Assembly: GCA_964057225.1 (NCBI GenBank)
Contig: OZ059894.1
Coordinates: 15,004,001 to 15,068,000, forward strand
Origin: Auanema rhodensis
Taxonomy: Eukaryota; Animalia; Nematoda
Direction of reading: 5' to 3'
DNA: 64,000 bases
In this document: piece after piece, positions 1-14,254 of the stretch
Position numbering within the stretch: position 1 is the stretch's first letter
How the letters are laid out: every line of letters begins with the position of its first letter
The notes under the pieces: model-generated
The model's input: the letters and a program-made list of their open reading frames with translations, nothing else
Database searches by the model: none
What the model was told of the DNA's origin: nothing
Translations under genes and position numbers: made by a program

Positions 1-3000
1 TATATACTGATGTCGCATGGGCGGGGGCAAACCCACAAGATTTTTTTTGGTTATAATTTTTATTATATGAATAAAATAATAAACAAAATGAAGTGCTTGT
101 TAACTAATTCAAAAAAGTGAACAATATCTAATGAGTTTAGTACTTTTTTTTGGATAAAAAGAACTTTTTTGCAATTATGTTGTCCTTGTAGTATTATTTT
201 GTATTTAGAAGCTGTTCAATAGTAAAGTCAAGTGCAATGATGTTAGCTTCCAGGCTTATATTTTTTTGTTTTCCATCTTGATTTGAAAAAAATTTTTTTT
301 TTCTCGGTATTTTCACTTTGTAGCACATTTAGTGACCATTATTGCAGGTCACAAAGACATTAGTCATCGTAGTTGACGAAAGTTTTCGCATAATCGGATG
401 TTTGCAAAGGAAATATGACATCATCTGTATGTTTCCTTTTATATTCATTATGATATTCCGGTGGGAGCAAACCTTTTCCCAAGGAGTGAAGCTCTTTCAG
501 GTAATTAAGTTTTCTTTATCAGTGAGATTAGAAATATGATAGTAGCTGGAATATTGACCTGTGTTTCCCCCTATAGATAGAACCCACGAATTTCGGTGCA
601 AAAGCGTATTTCGCAATCGCGAAAAGGGTGGCGTTTTGGGTGCGGACGACTCGAAAAGACAGATCAGAATTCTTCCAATATGAATTATGATAACATTGCT
701 TGCAGGAACTGCGTTTTCTAAAAGATGTTCGGTGTGCTGACTACAACGACGGGTTATGATAACGATAAGATGACGTAGGTGATGATGAAGGTTAGGGATC
801 CAACGTCCATCAATATGATTCACAAGCAGTTCTCTTTGTTGATCGCGGAAGCTGGCTTCTCCGGCTCATCATCATCGTTTGGTTCCTTACACCTAACCGG
901 CAAATAACAACCTGAAGTTGTCGCGGGAGATGGGTTGTTCTTCTGGTTATCAGCCAGCGTTCACCCACTCAGTGAGAGAGCACGCGTATCTCTGTTCTTT
1001 TTTTAAAAATCAAATGAAAGATGTAAAAGATCAATTAAGAATCGGCCATAGAAGAATCATTTCTTACTGGGTACAAGCAAATAATAAGCCCTATTTCATT
1101 AATCATTTCTTCTCTTACAAGAGTTCAACTATCTAATGTTGACATATTTTTGAGGTTGAGAACTTGTACTTTCACGTAAATTATAACAAAGATGAGAGTT
1201 ATAGTTATCATATTGTAATTAAACATCTTACAAACACCTCATACATCATACTGTATGTGTTGTACACAAACGGAACTATTATTATGTGGATCTTTCCAAA
1301 CTTTCAGCAGAAATATGTGTAGGGTTAGAAAGAAAAAAGAAAAAAAAAGATGAGAGTGAGGTATTTTAAATAGATTATGAAGAGAGTTGAAAAGGAGAAA
1401 GAGGGCGATGTTAATAAAGAAATTGCTCCATTGGCTTATCGTTACTTATCAAGATTTTTGATTATGCTGTGGAATGTGGAGAAATTAAAAATAGATATTA
1501 GCGATCCTGTTAACTATATTAAAATAATAATTATTCTAGATATGAAGTATTGCATTCCGAGCTGATTCATCATAAGCTCTTCAATTGATGTATGCTATTA
1601 AGCTCTATTTGAACACAGTACTCCTCCTAAAGGGGAAGGGGAGTTTCAATAAATTACTCATAGCTATTTCACTTTTTCCGTTTTAATCACCAAAATCATT
1701 TTGTGATGTTTTATTTTTTATGATGTTTGTAGTATCTTTTTCATGATGACTATAATCTTAATGCATGATATAACATTCAAACATTCAAATATTTGGTGGG
1801 GGAAATGATCTTAAGGTGATTATATTCTTTCTAGAATATACTGTTGAAAGTCGTTAGATCAGGAAGTAAATGTTCAATTGAGCACGTGTATAAAATAATT
1901 ATTTACATTCCAGATTATATTTGAAATCAGTTCTAGTTCTGCTAATTCGACTTGTGCTTCTGGTAGCTTCGATACGAATGGAAAGAGTCCAAAACACGAA
2001 CACAACACTTTTAGGAATGTGCAATTCATCACATAGTATAATCACATGGTTTGTTAGGAATGCTTCAAACGGAACTTTTGCAAAAGATTATTTCATCTTT
2101 CAAAGATTATACCTATTCCGTTATGATATCATATGACGGCCACATTACCTGATCTGGTTTCTCATTTTTTGATTTTAAAGCAATGCTACTGAGCATTTCG
2201 ACTTTGAGCTCATAAAATTTGCCGACGTCAATTAGTTTACGAGGCCAAAGTATTGTAGGATCCGTTAAGCGACACGTGCCATTCAAGCATTATTATACGG
2301 AAAACATTATCTAGGGGCTTTAAACAACCAAAGAACTGGTAGATATTAGACAATAAAACTTTAATCTGTTTTCCTTCTAAATCATCTTGCATCACATTTA
2401 TCATCAATGTGCATGTTAGTCTTGTCATAGCCCAACATATGCATTGAGTAAAATAGAAAGTTGACAAATGCATATTTGTATGTTGACATCACTGTTCATA
2501 CAAAATACCAAATAGTTATTCGTAAATAGATTACCAAATCGGGGTTTGGGAAAAAAAATTATGAATTCACTGTTCAAGAGCAGCTACTGTTTTACGTCGA
2601 TAGTCCAAAATTCTAATAATCAGCTTATAATTAACGAACAATAGAGCACTGATAAAGCTTGGAAATTTGTATCGAATTAAGGGCTACTATGTAGCTATAG
2701 ATTAGCTTAGAATTAATTTTCTTCTTTTCTTTTTTTTTCTCTAAAAAAACAAAATAGTTAAACGTATGAAAAAACAGTTGTTTATAACCATGTTTGTGAT
2801 GACGATTTTATGAATTTCATCGAAATTTCACCATGTTATCATTGATTATGAAATTACTGTACATTTATGGCATATTTACTACAAAAATTAGAAGGAATAC
2901 AGAAAAGTTATAGTTTCAAATAATGTTTTCATAGCTAAATTCATAGAACAATTATCAAATATCTAGAGATGGAAGTTTAGCTCAAGGTTCACGTACGGTC

Positions 3001-4519
3001 CGGTGTGTGAGCATGTTTTTCAGTTTAAGAACTTTAATTCTTTGATCTTATATTTTGAATGGTTATAAAAAAGAATTTTAGCTGGTATTATTGATAGAAA
3101 GGAAGTTCCTGGAAAATTTCTCAGAAATTAATAGGCTTTTTAAAGTCTTATCAATACAATATTTTGATTATATAATAGAATTTCGACGAAAAGTTTATCA
3201 GTTATCTGTTCTTCACCGATCAAAAAAAATTATCATTATAATAGCAAAGATCTAAGTACACCCAACTTTATAAAAAAAAACTTTAGTTAACTAAATATGA
3301 TGAGTTTAAACTCGGTGTTAAGTTGTAAAGTGTTTCGAATAAATTATTCCGGGTATTTAAAGTGAGAAACTAATCTCCTCTTTATGATAAGGTTATTCAT
3401 AATGCTTTAAATATTTTGAAAATTGATTAGGTAATGCATAATCAATTAAGGGCGTATTCATTTTTAAATATGGCTGTAGCATCACTTTAAGATTATTTAA
3501 ATTCTTTAGATGTCATCTAAAGTTACAGTTGAAGCCTTCAACGTGATAAAATGCACCCATTATAATCTTAACCAACCATATAATGTTATAATTTTTTCAA
3601 AATATCATTCAATTGACATTTTATAATGCATGCTAAACATAGTAGTTTTAATTGCTCTTTATCGAATCTCCGAAAAGGAAAAAAAAATAATAAAAGATGA
3701 ACCTTGTCCCACCTCATTGAGGGGGAGTGTGATAAGAGGAAGATAGCATCGAACCACCCCACCACTTCATGCCCAGGGGTCAGTTGGGGATTCCCTGGTA
3801 TACACTCTAATGAACCTAGTGAAATGATTAAAAACTAGTCTAGGGATATTAGAGGAACAACACTAGCGACAGATCAGAAACACTTTTTGCATTCTCCTTT
3901 TCTTGAAGAATTCATTACAACAATTTTGTTTTCAATGAACATGTCATATCTCTCAGAATTCACTATTGAAGAGAGAAAAAAATCTGGGAAGCCGGAAATT
4001 GTATGATTTAGGGCGATTCTCCGACCACCCCAGTAAACATACTTAAGCATTTCTAATTCATGAAAAATGCACATGGTTACTGTTATGAAAAACCAAATCT
4101 CTCACTAGTCATTAATTGTCATAATGATGTTAACCATCAAAAACTCGATACAGTAAACACATAGTATGGGAATGAAAGTTAGAACAAAAAATTCAGAAGG
4201 AACAACAGTTTTTCTTAGTTTAATGGGCCAACAATCCATATAACAGACAGCACATGTACTGTTCACGTGGTGAAGGCGTGTAGAATATTGTCGGAATCCA
4301 ATTTCGACGCGTCGGGTATGTTTTCGTGGAAACTAGTGGGGCAAAGAATGAACCTTTTGAAACTTCTTATCAGCTAATAAAATATAATTCGAGTACTACA
4401 AATGAATTCCATTTTATATATTGACATAAGTAAATAATTACAAAAATCTCTCTTAAAGCGGAATAAATGTTTTATCACAACTGTATGACATGGAATACTG
4501 TCCATTAAATGTCTGAAAG

Positions 4520-6324
4520 TTATTCTTGATTCGTGTAAACGAATCTTTGAAGAATAACGTCCCCAGTTACCGTAATGCGGTCAGATATGATGGGATTATC
4601 TCCTGGGCGGTACTGGAACTTGCAGCAAGGCAAAGAATCCACATCCATCTCAAAAATACATTTGAAAAAGATTTCAAACTTTCAGCTTACCGCCAGACTG
4701 GAGCTGTAAGCATGAATAACAACATCATGCGTTAGACCTTTATTAAAAGGAAACTGTCCCAAACTTCTCTCTTCTGTTTGCCATGCACCTTTTTTTGTGC
4801 TGTTCCTAACCAAGGCAGCCTGAATCATTCTCAGAACCTAGTTTTCATATGAATAGTTATTTACCTTTTCCTTTCCAAAAGGCATATCAACCCTTATATG
4901 GAAGATATGTTCACCTTCAGCCATGATATTGATACTAAAGCTCTTAGCAGATACAAAGGGAGTTAGTGTGATTTTAATTTTATATGGAGAAACAAACCCC
5001 TTGATAGGTAATTGCCATGAGAATGGCATTTCCTAACAAACGAATTTTAAAATATTTGTATTTATTTTAAAAAATTATATTACCGGGCGATCAATAGTTG
5101 TTACTCGTAAATTATCCTGATTTGGAAAAGGGTTCTGGATAGGAGTTCCATTACTGCTCAACTGTAATAGCTATTGTATTTATCAGCTGAGGTTGTTTGA
5201 GATGAGTTTAAATGATTTATTTACAAGTTCTTTATACATTTTTGGGGTAAGCGCAAATTACACTAAGCATTTCATATGGCTGTAAAGCGTTTAATTGAAA
5301 AATTGTCTTCTCGTTCACATTTCTCCCGAATGCTCATCTTCCTATAATTTAGTATTTTAAACAAAAACTTGAAACTTGTAAAATTGAAAAGCACAGCAGC
5401 AGGCTAGCACGAATACACTCATACGTTAATTGTTATATTAAAGCAATATTAAGCACTATTCACGACATAAAACTTTTTGGTTACTTACAGCAGGTTGAAA
5501 TTCAACGAAATCTAGGCGAACATTTCCAGTAATAAAGACAGTTTTAATGCTCTCCAGAGGCACTCGATGTGCATAATCGCAGACATGCTTTCCATTAACA
5601 GCAATCTTAATTTTGATATATTACTTATATGCATTTCAGCTTAGCCACCTTAAAATAGTTAGCTAAAGCCAAAATACGAATTTGGAATGGCTTTCCTTCC
5701 TCGAAAGGATTTGCATAACGGTCTTCAGTACCCCATTGGTTATTAATGTACGAATTCAGCACTAGTTGTCTATCAGGTGTACCAGACAACCACCCGCCGG
5801 GAGGATCAAACCTTGGATTCATGTGCAATGCTTTGTTGTCCATATGATCACCTTGGATAAGCAATCCACAGCATAAATCAATATTGAATCTTAAAATTAA
5901 CAAATAGTTTAGATTTATCGTGTATTCTAATTTAGACAAGAGGACATTTATTTTCATTTTCTCAACTCAATGGCGCGGTTGCATTATTTTCGTTCAGTAT
6001 TTTCGTTAAAATTCAGATAATTGTTGTTTAGGAATACAGTGAATAATGAAATGTTCAAGTTACAAAAAGAATTATGGAAAACAACGTGAATTACCTTGTC
6101 GAAGAAGCAGCAAAAGATGGCTGAACCATCCCGCTAATAACCACTGCTCGACCAGAGAGCAGTCCCCCTACAATTGCCGAAACAAATGGAAGGTCCTAAA
6201 ATTTTGTGAGATTTTCAAACAATAAAGAAAAAATTTTTTTAAGAATATTATTATTACTAACCGGATTTTTTCTAATAAATTTTTTCGGGGGGGATAAGAA
6301 GAAAGGATAATCGGCCAAAGACAT
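4520..6324 (-). CDS. Tandem-repeat galectin (two carbohydrate-recognition domains), multi-exon
   Basis: Spliced product MSLADYPFFLSP...LPFVSAIVGGL...ALHMNPRFD...LVLNSYINNQWGTEDR...PFEEGKPFQIRI (canonical H-N-R-N-W-E-R motif). Second domain EMPFSWQLP...FHIRVDM...LVRNS...WQTEER...ITVTGDVILQRF. TAA at 4520-4522. Confidence 0.9.
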
Positions 6325-6940
6325 TTTTTCTACATAATTAATTCAATACTTTAAAACCTTTTAGAAATATACTAAAGAATGAAAAATATAAAGAAATAAA
6401 AAAAAGCTCATTTAAAAATTTCAATGAAACAGAGAGTATATGCCAAATTCAACCAGTTATGTGTCATGTTATTCAATCTCTTATGACAGATGATCCACCA
6501 TAAACAGATAGTAATAGCCGAAAATTGCATAGCCAAAATTTGGAAAGTTGGAGTGAGGCGCAAAAGTTATCACACTGCGTGATTTAACTTTTCTGCTTGC
6601 CCAAGACGTCTTAGTTTTTGCTAACCCAACAATAGAACAGTTCACAGGTTTTTAAGGCAATTTGACAGGAAAGCAAATAAAACCTACCGGGCTTCGTATA
6701 ATATTTTCCTCCTCCAAAGGTGGTGCTGAAGCCATCTTCTCAGCTTACAAATATCAAGCTCACTCGCTAATACAAAACTTTTCAATGCTTGCAATAGTTG
6801 TCAATGTATTTGTTCAACGCATAAAAGCGATCTCAATGCAAAAAAAGACATTAAAACAATATATTTATTGACATACTTAAGAAAAAAACAAGTGGAAATG
6901 TGAAGATCATATAAAGAAAACAAGCAACTTTAAAAAGTAA

Positions 6941-8291
6941 TCACCTCATTTGGATGATTCCAGCATCTCTGAGCTTCATGAGCTTAGTGCGGATTTCAGG
7001 ATTTTTCAAATGTTCTTGGGCTGCTCCAGGATCCTGAGGGAAAAATTTATATTAATATATATATATAATAACTAGTTTACTTGACTCATTTGTTCCAATA
7101 ACATGCGCATTCCTGGGTCACGAAGAATTTCTTGAACTTCTGGGTCAGCCATAGCTCTCTCACGAGCCTTAATAATATGATTAACAGGAAATAATTTCTC
7201 ATATATAATACCTTTTCTGGACTCTCATCGTTAGATCTGATGCAGTTACGAAGTCCTTCCATAGCCTCAGCATTATCAGATTGAATGCTAAGAGCATCTT
7301 CATATGCTTTTCTGGCTTTTGACCACTCATGCATGGCAACGAGAACAGCTCCCTTACGGATATATCCCTTGACTGAAGCAGAATACATTACTGATCACAA
7401 TCAATAAAAAGAATTACTGAATTTAGGATCTCTCTTGATGCAGCTCTCACAATCCTCCAAAGCTCTTTGGAACTCCATCAATTTGGTAAGACAGGCAGCT
7501 CTGTTCGAATAAAGAATAGCATTTTCAGGATCACGTTTAACAGCTTCGTTATAGTGTTTCATAGCAGTAGGATAATCACCCTTCTATAAGCAAAAGAAAA
7601 TTATAAAAAAATCAAAACAGAACAACGCACCTTGAAGTAGTCGTTACCCTTATTTTTCTCCTCTTGGGCAATTTCTGGGTTAATGTAAGCAAGTCTTTCC
7701 TGTTCTTTAACAGATTTCTCGATCTCTTTTACTTTCTTAACGAGCTCCTAAAAATTTGTAATAAACGAGAACAGCATCATATAAATGCTTACAGGATCAC
7801 GGAACTCTGAAAGAGATTTACTGAACCAAACAAGGGCTTCATTCAAATCTCCCTTCTTTTGGTGGGCATTACCAGCACGAGCCATAGCTCTAAAAGAGAA
7901 AGAAGCATTCGAAACCACACAAAAAATATATAATACTTGGCAATATGCTTATAATCAGCACGATGTTCACGGCCCGTCTCAACAGCTTTTAAACAGAGCT
8001 CAATGCATTGATCAAGTTTGCCCTCTTCGAAGAAAGCAGCTTAAAAATTTTTTTAACAAAATATATATAAAAACAGGCTTACCAGCTTTGTTGTTGTAAA
8101 ATGCGATGTTGGTAGAATCAAGCTCGATGGCCTTGTCATAATGAATATGAGCATTAACAAAGTCTTTTACTTTGTATGCAGCATTTCCAAGATCTTTTTC
8201 TTGAAGAGCCTATAAATTTAAATTATAAATGTTGATGTAAAGTAATTTATAATTTAAATTCAAGCAGTACCTGGGATTGAGCGTCAGCCAT
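6941..8291 (-). CDS. sti-1: STI1/Hop Hsp70-Hsp90 organising co-chaperone (short nematode form: TPR2A-TPR2B-DP2)
   Basis: [10 protein letters not shown]...HYDKAIELD...[95 protein letters not shown]-terminus [10 protein letters not shown]. Closely matches C. elegans STI-1 as recalled. Confidence 0.96.
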
Positions 8292-8364
8292 CAGTAACTA
8301 TATAAAATTCTAGTAATAAAACAAGCAAACGTTGGAGTCAAAGTCTTGGTTGTCCACAACGGCG

Positions 8365-8379
8365 CGAATGTTCGAGAAA
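8365..8379. promoter_or_regulatory. Heat-shock element (three inverted nGAAn units)
   Basis: cGAAtgTTCgaGAAa, about 75 bp upstream of the sti-1 ATG; a perfect HSF consensus in front of a chaperone gene. Confidence 0.85.
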
Positions 8380-8395
8380 AGAATTTACCAGCAAA

Positions 8396-8403
8396 TGACG
8401 TCA
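8396..8403. promoter_or_regulatory. Palindromic CRE/ATF site
   Basis: TGACGTCA, 16 bp from the HSE in the sti-1 promoter. Confidence 0.55.
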
Positions 8404-8824
8404 CGGACTAGTCAGAGCATGTTTCAATCCATATGAACAGTTGCAAAAGTTTAAAACTTCAGCTAGCGTATTAAGAGATCTCAATTATTACAAACATAAT
8501 TTTATTTTTCAAATAAGCATTCAGACTTATATTAGATAAGAAAATGAACCTAAGTAATTTAATGAAATTTCTTGAATTGTAAAATCCATTATTTGGAGAA
8601 TTCTTACTGATTTTGCCTCAATAACTTTATATTTTGCTCTTGCAATAGACAATATGTTTTCATCAATTTCAGAAACAGTTTTGATTTCAAAGAATTATTT
8701 CAAGTTAAGACAGAACTGATATCAATTTTTAATCTTTCATTTCCATTTATGGTGTAAAACAACAGCTATACGGTATAAGATTCATTCAAATAATAACAAT
8801 ATATATAAATATATTTACAAATCT

Positions 8825-11800
8825 TTATTCTTGTATGAACTGTGCATCATATGCATTAGATGGGGTTTCTTCTATCATATCTTTGTATTGAACATTCCCG
8901 TCCTGTACCATTATTCGTTCACCTCGACTTCCTTCTAGACTATCTTGGTTCCAGCCCTATATAACAAAACTGAATTTAAGTACAGTTTCTTAAGTTCTAC
9001 CTGATTTACTGATTGGGGATTCGAAAAAGAACGTTCAATTCTCGTCAGAAACGCATCAGCTCTATCTAATAATGCTGACAACCGGACCTAAATTACAAGA
9101 TGGTGAAGAGCCTTTCTGTTTCTGGTAACCTGATTATCAAATTCTTTCCGAGCTATTTCTAGTTGAAGAGATTCGCTTTCTATTTCATTTCTTGGGTTAT
9201 CTGCCTCACTACATATCCGAGGACGTTTGGGCAAACACACTGATATAGCAGGTTCTAGATGCCTCATTGGTGCTAAATCCAAACTGAATCAAGCAATATA
9301 AATGTATAAGATACTTGCGGACTCTGGGTATTCATAATAGTCATCATATTCCTGTTCATCTAAGAATCTTCTATTCCTTGTTGCAACGTGCACCTATGAT
9401 ATATGAAAACAATAAATTTAAAAACCATATATCTAACCTGATTTTGTTTACCAGCTTCGAACCATTCCGGTTCGCCTTTCCAATAATAGACAAGTACAGC
9501 CAAGTGTGAACAAGTAGGATAGTACCTTTCATTACATAAGTCAATTGATAGTCTAATAATTATTAATTTACCTATCTCCATTTACACTTTTTCCCGTGTA
9601 AATTTTGCGAAGAAATCTACCGTTCACTGCAGGATGTTCGTATCTCTTTGACAAAATCTAGAAATTACAAAAGATGGAATTTAAATTATTACAGTACATA
9701 CTTGTATATCATATGTAGCACCTTCCATCAGCTTATTTCCTCTATCGACTCGAACAGCATCTCCTGTCTCTGGATCAATCTTATAATATCTGAATATAAA
9801 AAGGTATATCTTAAGTTTTAAAATATGAAGCTTTACCTTGAATGGCCAGCAGGTTTTCCCCATCCCCCATTATTATCACGTCTCAAAAGAGCATCACTAT
9901 CAAAGCTTCTAATGTCAATTACAAAAGATCCTGCATCGCGATAACCATGAGGTACTCGAGTACATATTCTATTAAGGAATAATTAGAAAAGAACACAGAA
10001 TGCAGCCGTTCAGGGCGGAGCTAAAGACACAGATAAAGATGAGAGAAAGACTTACTTCGAAGGATCTACAATAGTTCCACCAAGTATAATTGAGGCAGCA
10101 GTATTAAAATCAACAGCACCGACAGCATATAGAGGAGTATCTCCAAAATATCCACCTATAGTGGCAGGAAGAGGATCTTTGTCTGCAGAGTTCTAAAGGA
10201 GCATATGAAAACCGGAAACAAAGACGACGTTACAAATGATGCAGCTTCCCAAGACCCAGCACCATGAGGGGGGGCAATCGAGTGAGGTTTTCGCATTTTG
10301 GCTAGGCTACCTATTCAAAGCAATTATATGAATTATGAAAATTTAATCATTCATACCTTGTACCGGAAAATCAAATGGTCGTCCGATCCATTCGTAGGTA
10401 ACTATAGCTATTCCGACCGCAGCTCTTTTCTCCGGAGGATATAAAGCTGTATAAATCTGATATGTAGTGTTGGGTTAATTGTATATCAAGAAGAGAATAT
10501 TACTTTCTTAATCAACCTATTTTGCCCATTCTGCAACGCAGCAGTAACAGGATGCTCATAACGTTTTAACATGCATTTGTATGCATATGAAGTGCCAGGT
10601 AATAATCTACCCTAAAAAGAAACTGTCAAATTAGAGTTTAAATAATTCATACTTTTCCATCGTCACATCGCACTATTCTTCCTTTTTCATCGACAAAATA
10701 AAAACGTACACGTCCTGTTGGTTTACCTGAATTTCAAAATTAATAATAAAAATAATCAGAATAGAATTACCCCATGATCCAAGTCCATCCTGATGAACTT
10801 CATGACGATTTACTAGTGGTTGCAAGTCTATCACAAATGTCCCTTCGTTTTTATAAACTTGGGGAACTGTTTTACAAATTAATTTAGGATCTATTTCTAA
10901 AGAAGAACAAAGTATTTCACAAGCCTCCTGAAAAAAAAGAATAACAATGAAGGAACTAAGATACAACTTACATAATAGTCAATAGGTCTATCCCAATAAA
11001 GTGGCCATTCCTTATAGTGAAAAGTAACTTGATTTCGATTGACTAAATCTCGCATAGAGGTATCCTTTCGTTCAACTGGTTCATCCTGAAAATTTTTGTT
11101 TAAATGTATTGAATCACAAAAAAACCTCATTATCATAAGAACATTGCAAATCCGTAGAATCGTCATGTTCATTGATAGCTATATTTCCAGCCTTAAAACA
11201 TTGACTTTATAAAATGATACAATAAAACAAAAACACTTTTCTAAGAACAGCATCTCCATACATTCGAAATAAGGGACGCATCGATGGTAGGTTACTTGAA
11301 CCTTGTTGATCATTAGCTGAAACAAAATTGATAAACACAATCACAACTTATTGAAGTTATTACTTCCCCACTGCTCTGCTTGTTCATCTCTGGAAACAAT
11401 AGGTTTCCCAGAAGATACAAAAAGTTGAGGTTTAGCTTTCAAACTTTCCGGAGTTAGAAGTACCTATTATACAAATTCATGATGTTCTATGTATGAAAAA
11501 TATCTTACGACGCCAGGAGCACTAGACTTTAATCTGATATCATTTTTTTTCAACTCAACTCCCATTGGTAATATCCATGATTTTTCTCGATTGGAAGAAC
11601 TAGCCTAGAAAAAATACTAATTAAGTTTTTGAATATTATCAGACCTGAATATCTCCAACTTGATGATTCAAATCATGCTTATGAGATTCGGCAGAAAGAT
11701 ATATAACTGTATTACCCTGTTCATCGACGTGAACAGACTCCTCATTAAATTCAACGCTACCTCAAAAAAAAAGTTAAAAATTACACGGAATATTAACTTA

Positions 11801-11951
11801 AAAGTTTAGGATGAAGAAAGAAAACTTTCTCACCATCTATAATAATTTCATCTTCCTCGTTAATATTCTCAACATATGTTTCATCTTCATCTACAGAATT
11901 AGCATGCGCCGTCCGATGCGCTTTTGACGTAGAGGGTTCATCGTCGTTCAT
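8825..11951 (-). CDS. Uncharacterised protein: acidic N-terminus, two ~140-aa internal repeats (CG-1-like), C-terminal coiled coil
   Basis: Many short exons with GT-AG introns. Begins MNDDEPSTSK. Repeat 1: PLY...ICKTVP...GTFVIDL...DGLGSWGKP...KRYEHP. Repeat 2: PLY...ICTRVP...GSFVIDI...DNNGGWGKP...KRYEHP. Ends DAQFIQE*. N-terminal exons not all frame-checked. Confidence 0.8.
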
Positions 11952-12393
11952 AGTATTTATGTTGCCGCCAAAAGAACCGTCGAGGAAATTGCGTGTTTTG
12001 TACACTCTCAATAGACTATGAAGCCGTTGCGTACTGTAATTTTAGAGCAAGCTTCAGTCCATTGTTGTTATAATGAAGTAGTAATTAATAACTAGTATAG
12101 AGTTCTAGGCATGTAATCATGTAATTTATTATAGAACATATTCTTAACTAAAATTTATTATTTTGTATTTGCATTGTAATCGATAAGTGAAGTTAGTCCA
12201 ATTTTGCTTAATTCATAAAGTGCTCTAGTGTTCTTCGGAATAAATCAATTAATTTTTATTCAGAGAGGTAGTATAAACACCATTTTATACAGGTAATGAT
12301 CGGAATTTTAATACAAAATTCTTGTATACACAGGAAATTGAGGAAATTGACAACAGAAACAAATTTAATTACTCTAGAAATCATTAAATTACA

Positions 12394-14254
12394 TTAAAAT
12401 GGTTGAACAACCTTGATATCAGCCAAAGTAGCTTTGAATAAAGCAGCACCAGTGGGGTTGACAATAGTCCTAAAAATCAGTTTTATTATTGATAAAGTAA
12501 ATTTTTAAAATGTGTAGCATACTTAAAACGGTTCTTTGGTTTCAAATGTCCAATTTCTTTTCCATTCCATAAATCTTTGAATATGTATCCTGCTGGATCT
12601 TTGAGTCCAATATGTTCTAGGGTAAATTCAACACTCTGTAAAAAATTATATTGATGCTAAAAAAATAAATTTTTTACATTTGCTGTATCAAGATTTCTGT
12701 TCAAGATTGCCACAGCAAATGAAGAACGGTCATTCCCAACAGGGGTAACTGGCTTAACGTATACACCAATATCGGTAGTCTGAAATTCGATTTGATAAAA
12801 TATATTTCGAACTTCTAATACTTACATTAGCTATAAGTCTTCCCATAATACCTAATGGATCTTGATCAATGGCGATAACATCACGGTTAAGGAGAATATC
12901 TCTGAATTCTGGAGCAATATTTCTAAGATCGTTTGACATAATAAGTGGAGCAGACCAGATAGCCCTAAAAGGATAGTTCACTTCTTAAATAAAAACTTGA
13001 ATAATTTTACCAAATTGACATCTGAGCAATTGCCATATCAACAGTAATTCCTGGGTTTCCGATAACTAACTAAAATTACGAGTATGATAGATAATTATAG
13101 TTATATTTTAAAAATAACCATATCAGGATCATGCCATTTGCCTGGCCCTTGAGTTGGGATATGTCTGTCTTGGTTAGCATCATAATAATTGATAATACTT
13201 TGAATCGATTTCCAAGAGCTAAGTAAATACGATATGTATTAATGTGAAACAGTCATTTAACAAAACCTATTGATATCATCAAAGTTTCTCCATAAGTTGC
13301 AGAATTCACCAATATGAGTATAGTTAACCTTAAGGGCATGGTAAAGTTTGATTTTAGGTCATTATCAGAAAAATGAACTAACCTTTTCAGGACGATCAAT
13401 GTTATAAGCTGGCCAACTACAAGAGTATACAATTGGACGTCCAGTAGCGTTCAATTCTCTTTCCATTTGAGGATATCCTGTGTAAGAATTATATAAATGT
13501 TTTATTATTCTTAAAAACTCACCAATTGGCATAAGGTCAAGATCAATATTACATCCATCAAGCTTAAGATAATCGACATCCCAATCAGCGAATGTTTGAG
13601 CATCAATCTATAGAAGATATTAATATTTCGATGCTACATATTCAAATTGAAAGTATTTTTTCAAAATGTTGTATATACCTTGAGAAATCCGTAACTTCCT
13701 GGGAATCCAGCGCATGTTTTAGTTCCGTAATCCTCATAAATTCCAAATTTCAATCCTCTATCGTGCATCTAAATAGGAAGCTTTATAAAACACAGTGATA
13801 AATAAACAATACGTATTTGGCAAGCTTCTTCATTCCACTTGGGAATCTCTCTGGATCAGAAACTAGACGTCCATCGGAATCACGTTGTCGGCCCATCCAA
13901 CAGTCATCGATATGAACCCCTACATAACCAGCTTCTCGGAATCCATCAGCGGCTGTAGATAAAAATTTTTATTTAAAAAGTAAAACATACAAGAAGCTTG
14001 AATTAAAAGTCTGATGTTTTACCCACCCATTCTATCTGCCATTTGCATGTATAATTGCTCATTTATACAGGCATCTGGATGCTTCTTACAATCCATTTCA
14101 CAGTAAAAGGCTGTCCATGACATCCATCCCATAGGAGGCGTTCTACAGATTTGAACGATGATTGAAATTTAAAAAAATTAAAAAACCTAGCTAAACCATT
14201 TTCTAAAGCAAAAACATAGGATACAGCTAGAAGCAGAGGCCAAATTAACCGCAT
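12394..14254 (-). CDS. gana-1: Alpha-galactosidase / alpha-N-acetylgalactosaminidase (GH27)
   Basis: Signal peptide, then [112 protein letters not shown]. Confidence 0.96.

Noticed and set aside
497-823. 108-aa minus-strand ORF in a relatively GC-rich patch
   Set aside because: GTG start, no recognisable motif, no consistent splice pattern. More likely 5' or regulatory sequence of a gene beyond the left edge.
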